DNA of 63,854 nt, filler included, from Octopus bimaculoides (lineage: Eukaryota), in the NCBI RefSeq assembly GCF_001194135.2. It is 8 parts of 6 records of this genome, joined end to end, with 100 filler letters (N's around TTAATTAATTAA, not from the genome) between each part and the next. Parts side by side here need not be neighbours in the genome. Positions count along the whole stretch, not along the records: positions 1 to 18,018 come from NC_068982.1; 7 more parts are not named here. One strand, given 5' to 3'. The position numbers and the translations under genes are program-made. The notes under the pieces were generated by a model. It ran no database searches and was not told the origin of the DNA. It worked only from the letters and a program-made list of their open reading frames with translations. Shown piece by piece: positions 1 to 11,728 of this stretch. Every line of letters begins with the position of its first letter. Positions within the stretch are counted from its first letter, which is position 1.

Positions 1-671
1 ATATATATATATATACGACAGGCTTCTTTCAGTTTCCATCTACCAAATCCACTTGCCCCAGTGGGACTGAACTCAGAACCATGTGGTTGGTAAGCAAGCT
101 ACTTACCACAGAGCCACTCCTGCGCCTAAAAGTTATTTTAATAAATTCTTCTTTATTTTCAAAATCAATTGAAACAAAGGCATTATCTTCCACCATTAAT
201 ATGAAAATTGGTCAAATAATTCTGATTCACAGAAACATCAAAATATGAAAGTCCAAAATGATTGGCAATAATAATGGTTTTTAACATAGGAACATATTAG
301 ACATGTATCTCAACAGCAATCCTTTGATTGTACTTTAGCTTCTCTAAACATGGAACAAGACATTTCTCTTGAGAGCTACTTGGCAACATCAATAGAGACA
401 GTGACAAGAAAAATCACCCAGTACACTTTGTGGAGTAGATTGGCATTAGGAAGGGCATCCAGCTGTAGAAACCATACCTAAGCAGACTTAGGAGCTCAAA
501 CTATCTAACCTATGCTGATATGCAATACAAATGTTAATTGAGGACGAGGATAATGAAGAAGCAAAACGCTATCAATGTTGATAGGAGGGTGGTAAGATGA
601 TACCACCGACTACAGTCCTCAAACTGCTATTGGACCAACCCCAGAAGGATGAAAAGCTAAGTTAACCTTAG

Positions 672-879
672 CCCTTTCATTACCAACCCGGTTGAAACCA
701 GCACTGGCTCTGTAATACAAATGTCTTGTTTCCATAAGTTTTGAATTAAAATCTTCCACCAAACCTTAGTCACAATTTATGTTCCTAACACTAGCTTAAT
801 GATAACTAAATTCCTTGTTATATTTAAAGTAATTGAAAAAAACACAGAGCATCAAAAAATAAATACAGTAACGAAAGGG
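672..879. mobile_element. piggyBac-like MITE
   Basis: Ends are TTAG|CCCTTTCATTAC and GTAACGAAAGGG|TTAA (CCC-starting TIR, TTAA-type target). Related AT-rich internal sequence recurs near 125-300, 10780-11165, 15925-15990 and 16280-16380. Confidence 0.6.
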
Positions 880-1484
880 TTAACAGAATTTCAGACTTTG
901 AACTAGGAACATGAGCCAGAATGAATATTGCAAGACATTTTGTTCCACAGTCTAATGATTCTACCAATCCATTGTCCTAAAATTGGTAATAATAAAAATT
1001 CTTTCTATTATAAGCATAAGGCCTGAAATTTGGGGGGAGGGGCTTGGGTGATCACATTGATCCCTCTGCTCAACTGGTCCTTATTTTATTGACCCCAAAA
1101 GGATGAAAGGCAAAAATCAACCTCAGTGGAATTTGAACTCAGAACATCAAAAGATGAATGAAGTAAAACTGAGCATTCTGTCCAGCATGCTAACGAGTCT
1201 GCAAGCTCACTGCCTTAATAATCCTTTCTACTGGAAGCACGAGGCCTCAAATTTGGGGGAAGGGATTAAGTCGATTACATCGGCCCCCAGTGCATAACTG
1301 GTACTTATATAATCAATCTCAAAAGGCAAAGTCGACCTAGGTGGAATATGAACTCAGAACGTTGTGGTAGACAAAATACCGCTAAGCATTTTGCCCGGCG
1401 TGCTAACGATTCTGCCAGCTCACCACCTTAACTACCTTAATAATAATAATAATGAAATAATGAAGTATAGAAAGATCACATTAC

Positions 1485-2483
1485 CTGAGTTGCCAACTGA
1501 TACCATCTTCAAAGAAAGAACATTTCCAACTGACTTTCTAGCGCTTGGACTTTTAGTTGCAGGCGAAGATTTCGTACTGGATGGACTTGATCTGGCAGAC
1601 TGACCGCCTGCTGCTGTGGTATTAACAGGTGATTTTGGTGAGGGACTCTTACTCTTATCCCCGGAACCAGGTGTTTCACTCGTCACCTGCGAACTTGATT
1701 CCGTTAAATTCAGGCTTTTCCTTTTAGAAACCTTACTTTCAGTTTCTTTAACTGGAGACTTTGAAGGTGTCCGGTGAATTTTGGACATCTTAGTGCCTTC
1801 ACTGGCATCATCCGTATCACATGAAGTTGCAGATTTCCTTTTTAAGTCTTTAACAGAATGGATTTCTTCACTTTTATTTTTGCCACTTAATTCCAAGTCA
1901 CCATTTTTAACCAAACTTTTGGGACTGTTTGCCCGACTTTTGCTTTTCCCAGATGCTTCTTCAGGGCTCTTAGGAGAGACAGAACTCACACTGCTTTGCC
2001 TTGAACTTTTAGAAACTGGTGTTGAAGAACGGCTCTTCCTTGTCGAAGCTGGTGTTGTTGCAGGAGAAGCTGAGACAGATTTTGCTTTAGGTGTTTTAAC
2101 AGGATCATTAGAAGCTTCCATTTTCTTTGGAGAAGGGTAATCTAGAACATTATCTTTCTTAGACAGCCGAGGAGATTCAAATCTTTCTAGAGATTGGTGT
2201 TTTCTCTTTTGTTTCTCTGCGGAACTGGTTCGGTCAAGTTTAGCTGATTTTGGAGTCGTTGAACGACTTCTCCATTTGTGAATTGGAATCCCATTCAAAG
2301 GTGAAGAATCTTTCGCTTTACCAGCTGAAACCACTTTTTGACTTGTTCCTGCAGAACTTAATTCACTCAGTGGTGTTCTTCTGGGAGAAGCTGCCTTGTT
2401 TCGAGGCTCAGGGGAAGATGTCACTTCCCTTTGGCTATTTCTTCTATTTGACTTTGTATTGGTTCCACCACTCGGAGATTTAG
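1485..2483 (-). CDS. MKI67: Ki-67-like gene, large 999-nt disordered exon rich in Ser/Lys/Pro (KSPSGGTNTKSNRRNSQREVTSSPEPRN...LKMVSVGNS)
   Basis: The only long non-repetitive open frame in the window. Acceptor cactctcgttttag ends at 2484 and the donor is CAG|GTAATG at 1484; phase 1 to 1, length divisible by 3. About 24 S/T-P sites by my count, strongly basic. The gene continues beyond the left edge; no RVxF PP1 motif or Ki-67 repeats are visible here. Confidence 0.75.
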
Positions 2484-2982
2484 CTAAAACGAGAGTGACA
2501 CAAAGTAAAAATCATGAAGTCTATAAAGTTTTTTCTTTATAAAGGTAAAAACTAAAACAAGTCCAGTTTATGCAATTGGGGCAAAACTAATTCAATAATA
2601 CAGTGATTCTGAACCGGGGTCCCTATCACTTATGGAATGATGGGGTTAGTCCACATCACCCCATAAGAAGCATACAGCTGGTTTCCCTGGCATATATATT
2701 CTTCCCTGGATGGGACACCAATGCATCGTAAGATTACTCATTTTTAGCAGCTGGGTGGGCTGGAGCAGTGAGAAATGAAGTGGAGCCACATGGCTTTGGC
2801 TTAGTGGTTAGGGTGTTGGACTCATGATTGTAAGATTGTGGTTTCGATTCCAGAACTGGACAATGCATTGTGTTCTTCAACAAAACACTTTATTTTCATA
2901 TAAGATTTAGTTGTTAAAAATTATGTGCAATAAATTGGTTATACTTCTACAATGCACAAAATAGTTTGGCAATATTTTTGCC

Positions 2983-3304
2983 TACCAGCCACATGGTTCT
3001 GGTTTCAGTCCCACTGCGTGACCGTGGGCAAGTGTCTTCTACTATAGCCTCGGGCCGACCAAAACCTTGTGAGTGGATTTGGTAGACGGAAACTGAAAGA
3101 AGCCTGTGTTGTGTGTGTGTGTGTGTATGTATATGTGTGCTTGTGTCTGTTTGTGTTTGTCACTCCGCCATCGCTTGACAACTGATGTCGGTTTGTTTAC
3201 GTCCCCGTAACTTAAGAATAAGTTCTGGGGTCGATTTGTTTGAGTAACGGTGGTGCTCCAGCATGGCCGCAGTCAAATGACTGAAACACGTAAAAGAATA
3301 AAAG
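2983..3304 (+). mobile_element. SINE family A (CCACATGGTTCCGGGTTCAGTCCCACTGCGTGG...GAAACTGAAAGAAGCC-(TG)n-...GGTGCTCCAGCATGGCC), representative copy
   Basis: Many homologous copies: 1-125(-), 4703-4990(+), 9635-9965(-), 10017-10395(-), 14020-14160(-), 15380-15725(+), 45905-46070(+), 52512-52660(-), 53880-53978(+), 58855-58985(+), 59067-59447(+), 59575-59905(-), 59990-60190(+). Boundaries are approximate. Confidence 0.85.
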
Positions 3305-4584
3305 AGTTCCTAACAATATTATAGAAATAGGATTTTTTTAAAAATATGCAATGGTTGTAAGGGTCCAGTGGGGTAAAACAGTAATCAAAGGAGAACCACT
3401 GGTTTAGAATGAAAATATAGCAGCCAAATTTCCCTCAAACCACACCCTTTCAACTTAAAAAAAAAAAAAAAAAAAAAGACATTAGATAAGCTGGAAAAGT
3501 GAATGCTGTGAACAACAACAACCATTTTTTTTTTTGTTGCTGTAACCTCACAAACTAGATATGCTGTCATGTTGATGCTAAATATAAAGAATATTTCCAG
3601 ATTAATAAAACTCTGAGTAGCAGCAAAACTCTTCTCCAATACGTTGGCTCACAGTATAAGCTGCAACAAACATGCAACAAAAATTTTGTAGACAAAATTG
3701 GAGATGATTGGTGAGATACTGTGTCAGCATGAAAAGACATGACAACATAACAACACTGTTAATGGTTTGGGCACCGTGACTAAACTTCCAAACAGTCATC
3801 ATCAACTTAAACCCATTCATGCTGAAATTTTTCTAGTGAATGAAATTGCCTGAAAATTCACAGAAACTATTATTTTGACCTAAATAACAACTGGAAAAAA
3901 AATTTCATTGAAATCCATTTGATTCAGATTGCATACGCGTTAAGAACATGTTTCATTCATAAATTGAATATCAGTTTAAACGGACGATCGGCATGAATGG
4001 GTTATTCTCTCAAGCGATCACAATGAAATCCTCTAAATAGTGATGTGTATATAAATAAACTTGTTACCAGTTCAAATATGCTTGAGGCTTATTCGAATCC
4101 ATGAGGAAGCCATTCAGTGTATTTTGTCATGGAGAAAATTTCTCACTGAAGACAAATAGGTGCAAATACACCAAGTCAGTTCACAGTGTCCCCCAACTAG
4201 ACTGTGTGGGATGCATGCATTTCAGAAACAAAGACTAGAAAGGTAGACACTGCAAAGTGACATGAGAGAGAGAGGTCCCTCTCATGATATTATCATTGTC
4301 TTTCAATGACTGGCTGTGCTACTCAGTGGCTCACCATGAACAAAACATGGAGTGAGGTAGAATACTTGGGTTGGGTATGGGTAGTTTAAATGCTGAAGTG
4401 TTATACAAGAAGGGGGCCAGTGCCATGAACAAAATCCCAAAACTGCTCTAATGGTGCAATTCATAAAATGATGAAACTACTGAAATAGTTGGGATATTTA
4501 CCAAAAATAAATATTTGTGAAAAAAAAACAAAAGAAATTGTTTTTCCTTTAACATTTTAAGAGAAAGCAAGGCATAAAACTTAC

Positions 4585-4645
4585 ATTGTGAGCGATTTAA
4601 AGATTGTGACAGATCATCTTGAGGTTTGAAAGATGGTGGTTTAAC
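4585..4645 (-). CDS. MKI67: Ki-67-like gene, small internal exon: VKPPSFKPQDDLSQSLNRSQ(S)
   Basis: Strong acceptor ttttttctctatcatttcag and donor AAT|GTAAGT; 61 nt, phase 0 to 1. It joins in frame to the 999-nt exon (T+CT = Ser). Assignment to the same gene rests on strand, position and phase. Confidence 0.65.
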
Positions 4646-5689
4646 CTGAAATGATAGAGAAAAAACAGGTAAAACGTTTTCAGAAGGGGTCATAAGGGGT
4701 GGCTGTGTGCTAAGAAGTTTGCTTCCCGAACACATGGTTCTGGATTCAGTCCCATTTGTATGGCACCTTGGTCAAATGATTTTTACTATAGCCTTGGGCC
4801 AACAAAAGCCTTGTGAGCAGATTTGGCAGACGGAAACTGAAAGAAGCCTGTTGTGTGTATATATAAGTGTGTGTGTGTTTGTCCCCACCACCACTTGATA
4901 ACCCATGTTGATATGTTTACATCCCTGTAACTTAGCAGTTTGACAAAAGAGATCAAGAGAATAAGTACCTGGCTTAAAAAAAAGCCTAGTAAGTGAATTT
5001 GATAGTTAGAAACCAAAAGAAGCACAAGATTATATGTGTGGGCATGTGTGTGTGCACACATGTTTGCAGCCTTGTTTTGACATCACTTGATGGTTGTAGA
5101 TAAGCATCGTCGTTCAAGTGAGATCGTTTGTCTCCAGTCTATCATGAAAAAAGTCTAGTTATGGGAAAACATAATCTTGCATGAAAACGGGTAAGAGTCG
5201 ACAACAGGAAGAACGTCTGGTTGTAGAAATTCCATCTGACCCATGCACACATGGAGAAGTGGACATTAAATGATGACAATGATGACATAAGGTCCCCTCT
5301 CCTACATATATCAACCAAGATCCTCATTACCATATTTGCAAGGCAGCAATCTGAAAGAATCGTTAGAACATTGAACAGAGTGCTTTGCAGTATTCTTTGA
5401 CTCGGTGCTTTGAGTTCAGTTCTAGCTGAGGTCAGCTTAGCTTTCCACCCTCTCAGAGTAGTAAATTAGAGGAAATAACAGAGGGTTGAGGAAGATACCT
5501 TACAGCATCTGTTCCATCTCTTTGCATTATGAGTTCAAATCCAGCTGTGGCCTACTTGGGCAATAGTCACAACCTGTCGTCCAGTTTGACACAACCACCT
5601 TGGCATCTCAGTTGCCTTTAGTAGAGTCCATTCTGTTGCAAGCATTCATATCAGATTCCCTCTCCTCCACATTAATTAATGTGGCCCTC

Positions 5690-5876
5690 ATCATCATCGT
5701 TTAACATCCGTTTTCCATGCTGGCAAGGGCTGGACAGTTTGACAGGAGCTGATGAACCAGAGGGTTGCACCAGGCTCCAGTCATCTGTTTTGGCATGGTT
5801 TCTACAACTGGATGCCCTTTCTAATGCCAACCACTTTACAGAGTGTACTGGGTGCTTTTCATGTGGCACCAACACT
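5690..5876 (-). mobile_element. LINE 3'-tail-like repeat with (GAT)n terminus (probably RTE 3' end), representative copy
   Basis: (CAT)n-CGTTTAACATCCGTTTTCCATGCTGGC... recurs at about 6068-6240, 7395-7560, 11755-11905, 12190-12370, 13164-13350, 14762-15060, 15092-15262 and 16740-16970, and reversed at 17052-17130. The RTE assignment is inference from the short-repeat tail. Confidence 0.65.
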
Positions 5877-6316
5877 CTAGTAAAACAAAACAACAGAATA
5901 GTCATGAATGGAATGTTTCAATCAAAAGCCTGCTCACTTGATCAGGACTGACCCGGGGTTAAACAGTAACTCTTTGAATTCTTACTCTTTGCTCTCACAG
6001 ACATTTAACCATTTCCAAACTATTACAGTTTGTGCAGCAGCAGATGCTCAGCAAATTCATTACCACCATTTGGGTTGGATGGTTTGACAGGATCCAATCA
6101 GCCAAAACATTGTACCAAACCCCAATGTCTGTTTTGGCACGGTTTCTACATACTGGACACCTTTACAGAATGTGTTGAGTGCTTTTTTTTGTGACACAAT
6201 TGCTATTGAGCTGACCAAGTACCTGGCAGGTCAAAGAAAAAGACCCCCCTCAACTGATTGGAGTTGTAGTAGAGAGAATGGAGATGCTTTTTAGGCCAGG
6301 CATTGAGAGGCTAAAG

Positions 6317-6355
<39 letters not shown>

Positions 6356-8737
6356 GGCAGAAGTGTCATGCTATAGGGGAGGTACATGACTACCCCACAT
6401 CATATAAGGGTGGGTAGGAGTAGTTGAAAAGTAAACAATGACAATGGTGATGAGGCGTCAGGCCCTCAAGATACCAGAAGGTGAGTATAAGAGAGAAAGC
6501 GGACAAAGAATCAGGAAGGGTGGCTGGATAAGTCGATAGGGGTGGGAGAGGAGAGTGATAGGTTGTTAGAGATGGGGGGTACAGGTGACTGTAGTGAATC
6601 TTNNNNNNNNNNNNNNNNNNNNNNNNNNNNNNNNNNNNNNNNNNNNNNNNNNNNNNNNNNNNNNNNNNNNNNNNNNNNNNNNNNNNNNNNNNNNNNNNNN
6701 NNNNNNNNNNNNNNNNNNNNNNNNNNNNNNNNNNNNNNNNNNNNNNNNNNNNNNNNNNNNNNNNNNNNNNNNNNNNNNNNNNNNNNNNNNNNNNNNNNNN
6801 NNNNNNNNNNNNNNNNNNNNNNNNNNNNNNNNNNNNNNNNNNNNNNNNNNNNNNNNNNNNNNNNNNNNNNNNNNNNNNNNNNNNNNNNNNNNNNNNNNNN
6901 NNNNNNNNNNNNNNNNNNNNNNNNNNNNNNNNNNNNNNNNNNNNNNNNNNNNNNNNNNNNNNNNNNNNNNNNNNNNNNNNNNNNNNNNNNNNNNNNNNNN
7001 NNNNNNNNNNNNNNNNNNNNNNNNNNNNNNNNNNNNNNNNNNNNNNNNNNNNNNNNNNNNNNNNNNNNNNNNNNNNNNNNNNNNNNNNNNNNNNNNNNNN
7101 NNNNNNNNNNNNNNNNNNNNNNNNNNNNNNNNNNNNNNNNNNNNNNNNNNNNNNNNNNNNNNNNNNNNNNNNNNNNNNNNNNNNNNNNNNNNNNNNNNNN
7201 NNNNNNNNNNNNNNNNNNNNNNNNNNNNAAAAAAAAACAAGGTTGACTTTGTAGAACTTCAAGAGTTTCAGATAAACGCAATGAAAGAACAAATATTGAG
7301 TGCACAGAATATTGCCTCCATGTAGAACTTGGTGAGCACCATGTTAGGAAGACACTAACAGTCCTTTCTCTGCCATCTCCGTTTAACAGCTGTGTCTCAT
7401 GCTGGCATGGATTGCATCGTTCAACAGGAAATGACAAGCCAGACGACTGTGTTGAATCCCAGTTTCAGAGTCTTGGTATGGTTTCTACAACTGGATACCC
7501 TCCCCTGATGTCAGACTGTACAGAGTGTAGTGGTGGTGGAGGGGCTTCTTCTTGTGACACTGGATCTAGTTAGGTCACCAAGTAACTTGCAAAGCAAGAC
7601 CCATCAACAGAGCAAGACTGCAGTACTGAGGAAGATGGTTTTGCGTATGCACTTGAGAGACTAAAATATGATAGGAGGACCGAAACAGGGGTCTCGCTGT
7701 AGAAGAGGTAGATGGCTACCTCGGCAGAACAGCAGAAAAGAATGACGAAAATGAGATGTCAGGACACACTATCAAGGTATAAGATGGACATAAGAGAGAA
7801 TAGGAGCAGAGAATGAAGGATGGCCAGGTTTACAAGAATATGAAAGGAGGTGAATGAGGTAAATGGGTGGAGGCCAGGTCAATGGTGAATCTCAGCTGGG
7901 GGAGGGGGCGTAAGAAAAATAGAAGTGGATCAGAGAAGAGGAGGTGATAGGTGGCAGTCTATAAAAAGAGCAACAATAAAACCATAGATGAGAAATAGGG
8001 AGATGAAGTAAAGTGTAGAGAGAAGGACACACACTGACAGTTGCATAGAAGTGGATACAGTGAATGACAAAGGTGTGTGGTGGGGAACATTGATGGTAGA
8101 GGTGAGGGTGTGTGCAGTTGAAAGGGTCATTCAATCAAAAGTGAAATAATGAGGAATGATATTTATTTCTTTATTGCCCACAAGGGGCTAAACAGGGACA
8201 GACAAAGGGTTTAAGTCAATTATATCAACCCCAGTGTGTAACTGGTACTTAATTTATTGACCCTGAAAGGATGAAAGGCAAAGTCGACCTCGGCGGAATT
8301 TGAACTCAGAACGTAACGGCAGACGAAATACTGCTAAGCATCTCGCCCGGCGTGCTAACGATTCTGCCATCTCGCAGCCCTTAACAAGGAATGATATCGA
8401 GAATGTGAGATGGTTGACAATGAAAGCGGTTCAAAGGAGAGGGATAACTGGTAGCACAAAAGTAGGGATCAGTTATAATTCTGTTCCCGTATAACTACAG
8501 AAGCCAGGGAAATAATGCTGTGGTTAGAAAAGCGATGGAGGGATTGAGTGTGAGGAAGGGGAGTTGAGGGGAAAGATTTGACTATTACAGATTGGCTGCA
8601 AGAACATAGACATGAACAATATGCTCTGAGCACTCTATTTTTGCCGAGATGGACATGTCTTCTTGAGTACAGCTAATTGCCATTCTTTAGTGAACAGCTT
8701 TCAAAGAAATATAAGGAGAAGACACCATACATTAGGA

Positions 8738-8988
8738 ATAATTGCCCATGGACATATGGTGTAGTGCTTAAGCGAGTTGCTTACTAATCCCAAGATTCTG
8801 AGTTCAATTCCAGGCAGTAACCTGAATAATAATAATAATAATACCATCGGTAAAATACCTTAGGAATGAGAACCCAGGTGCAAAATTCCCCCAGGACACC
8901 TGATGAAGGCTGGAGAGTACATCATCCGAAACATTGTGTTAACAACAAATAAGATGAGGACAAATATCCGTCAAATGTAAATAATGTA
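8738..8988 (+). mobile_element. tRNA-headed SINE with hammerhead-like motif (single copy)
   Basis: A/B-box head (TGGTGTAGTG; GAGTTCAATTCC), then an (AAT)n linker, then GACAC-CTGATGA-A-GGCTG...CATCC-GAAAC-ATT-GTGTT (8895-8940). Homologous to the copies at 11170-11728. Confidence 0.75.
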
Positions 8989-10213
8989 TTAAGAATAAAG
9001 TTGAACAGAGATGGAGGGCTTAGCAATCAGTGGGGATGGAGATAAGTAGTAACATTCACCATCACCATCATTTTATGTCCATTTTCCATATTAACAAATG
9101 TTGGATGGACCATTACAATCTGATCGAGTTCTTATTTGGAGTCACTGCCCATCACATGGATGGTTTGGAGGACCATGTGTTGCTTGTCCTTTTTTTGGTG
9201 TGGTTTATATGGCTCAATGTCCTTCCTTACACCAGCTACAATATGTGAAATGCAACTTCAACAGTGAGCCAAGATTTGAATACAAAATTTTTAAAATTAC
9301 AATAAAATATTTTATGAGTCCAAGTGTGACATTATGGTTAAAAAGTTTGCTTCCCAAATGCATAGTTTTAGGTCCAGTCAGTATCACTATATGGCACCTT
9401 TTTTGTGCTTGCATTGGTCAGAGGGAGTTTATTTGAGGCAGATTTTCTACAGCCAGACGCCCTTCCTGTCACCAACCTTTATCTGTTTCCAAGCAAGGTA
9501 ACGTTTCCCCATGGCCAGATATGTTCTCACAGAATATTGGAAATGAATGACACTGCTTGTATGACAATGGCACTCATTTACAACTATCACACCATGACAT
9601 GATAAAGAGGCACAAACACACACACATATATATAAAACAGGCTTCTTTCAGTTTCCATCTACCAAATCCACTCACAAGACTTTGGTCAGCCTAGGGCTAT
9701 AGAAGACACCTGCCCAAAATGCCACACTCAGACTGAATGTGGAACCTTGGGATTGAAAAGCAAACTTCTTGCCACACAGCCATGCCTTTGTGTGTGTTTA
9801 TATGTACACACACGATGGGCTTCTTTCAGTTTCCATCTACCAAATCCACTGACAAGGATTTGGTTGACCTGGGGCTGTAGTTGAAAACTCTTGCCCAAGG
9901 TGCTGTGCTGTGGGACTGACCCCAAGACTAGATGGTCAGGAAGTAAGCTTCTTAACTACACAGCCATTCTATCACTTTTAGAATAATTCTTATTTCTAAT
10001 GATTGCAATACTCTCTTTACTTGTTTCAGTCTTTTGACTGAGGCCATGCTGGAGCACCACCTTTAGTCGAGCAAATCGATGCCCAGGACTTATTCTTTGG
10101 AAGCCTGGTACTTATTCTATCGGTCTCTTTTGCCGAACTGCTAAGTTACGGGGACGTAAACACACCAGCATCGGTTGTCAAGCAATGTTAAGGGGACAAA
10201 CACAGACACACAA

Positions 10214-10255
<42 letters not shown>

Positions 10256-11169
10256 GACGGGCTTCTTTCAGTTTCCGTCTACCAAATCCACTCACGAGGC
10301 TTTGGTCGGCCCAAGGCTATAGTAGAAGACATTTGCCCAAGGTGCCACGCAGTGGGACTGAACCTGGAACCATGTGGTTGGTAAGCAAGCTACTTACCAC
10401 ACAGCCACTCCTACACAATAAAGAATTTTAAAAAATAAATACATGTAGCATGGAGAACCTCAGAGGTACAATGACCACGTGATTAAATCGCTGGATTACT
10501 GATTACAAGGTCATAAGTTCAAATCTAACAACAGCTGTTGTGACCCTGAGCAAAGCACATAAGTGTTTACTCTAGTTTTCCCTGACTGACAAAAGCTGGT
10601 TCCAATCAACTGAAAAATGGTGATAAAGCTGATAATTCTTTAGTCATGTTCCAAAAGTTCTAACTGGTCTTTCATAACAAGGAAACATGACCACAACAAA
10701 CCCCAACAATGGAATGTCTCAGCAAGATCGAGATTTAAAAAATTCAGTCCTTTTGATATCAATCCACATGTGACCACCCCATTGATTCTATGATACAAAC
10801 TTTTTGTTTTAAAGTGATCTGAACTATTAGTTCCCATCAAATTTCATACTAATTTGTTTCAAACACGGAGTTAATGATAAAAACAAAGTTAGGTTACAAA
10901 ATTCTTCGTTTGGTCCAAAATTAATTAAAACAAAGTTAGTGTATTTCGGCAAAAATTTGTTAACAGAACGGTTAATCCTTTTGATGCCAACCTACCTGAG
11001 ACTACACCTGGTTCTATGATTTTGCCTTTTCTTTCCAATTGATTTAAATTAAAACCTTCCATCAACATTTCATGCCAATATATGTTCCAAACATTAGATT
11101 AATAATGACAAAGTTATTTTACAAAGTTCTTCATTCTGTTCAAAATTAATTGAAACAAAGTCAGTGTGC

Positions 11170-11444
11170 AGTTCTATATTCAAGAGATGAGGAATTATGT
11201 ACATTATTTACATTTGACGGATATTTGTCCTCATCTTGTTTCTTGTTAACACAGCGTTTCGGCTGATATACCCTCCAGCCTTCATCAGGTCTCTTGGGGA
11301 AATTTCGAACCTGGGTTCTCATTCTTAAGGTATTTTTTGATGTTATTATTATTCAGGTCACTGCCTGGAATTGAACTCGGAATCTTGGGGTTAGTAGCCC
11401 GTGCTCTTAGCCACTACGCTATATGCCCATGGGTAATTATGGAG
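11170..11444 (-). mobile_element. tRNA-headed SINE with hammerhead-like motif (left arm of inverted pair)
   Basis: Reverse complement of the 8738 family; the hammerhead-like core is at 11293-11248. Confidence 0.8.
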
Positions 11445-11475
11445 AGAATATTAGACTTATAAACCTTAAAATTCA

Positions 11476-11728
11476 CTCCATAATTGCCCATAAGGCATAT
11501 AACATAGTGGTTAAGAGTGCAGGCTACTAACCCCAATATTCTGAGTTCGATTCCAGGCAAGTGACCTGAATAATGATAATAATAATATGGAAAAATAACT
11601 TAGGGATGAGAACCCAGGTTTGAAATTTCCCCAAGATACCTGATGAAGGCTGGAGGACATATCAGCCGAAACTTTGTGTTAACAACAAACAAGATGAGGA
11701 CAAATATCCGTCGAATGTAAATAATGTA
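11476..11728 (+). mobile_element. tRNA-headed SINE with hammerhead-like motif (right arm of inverted pair)
   Basis: Head TAACATAGTGG...GAGTTCGATTCC; the hammerhead-like core is at 11634-11680. Confidence 0.8.
11634..11680 (+). ncRNA. Minimal type-I hammerhead ribozyme-like motif (Penelope-like-element type), probably inactive in this copy
   Basis: GAUAC-CUGAUGA-A-GGCUG[GAGGACAUAU]CAGCC-GAAAC-UUU-GUGUU: core boxes and stem II are intact and stem I can form, but the palindromic stem III (ACGU) is mutated. Confidence 0.55.

Noticed and set aside
1781-2140. Plus-strand ORFs overlapping the Ki-67 large exon
   Set aside because: Antisense shadows of the Ser/Lys-rich coding exon.
4336-4393. Minus-strand 58-nt exon candidate between Ki-67 exons
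   Set aside because: Inclusion would shift the frame of the 999-nt exon.
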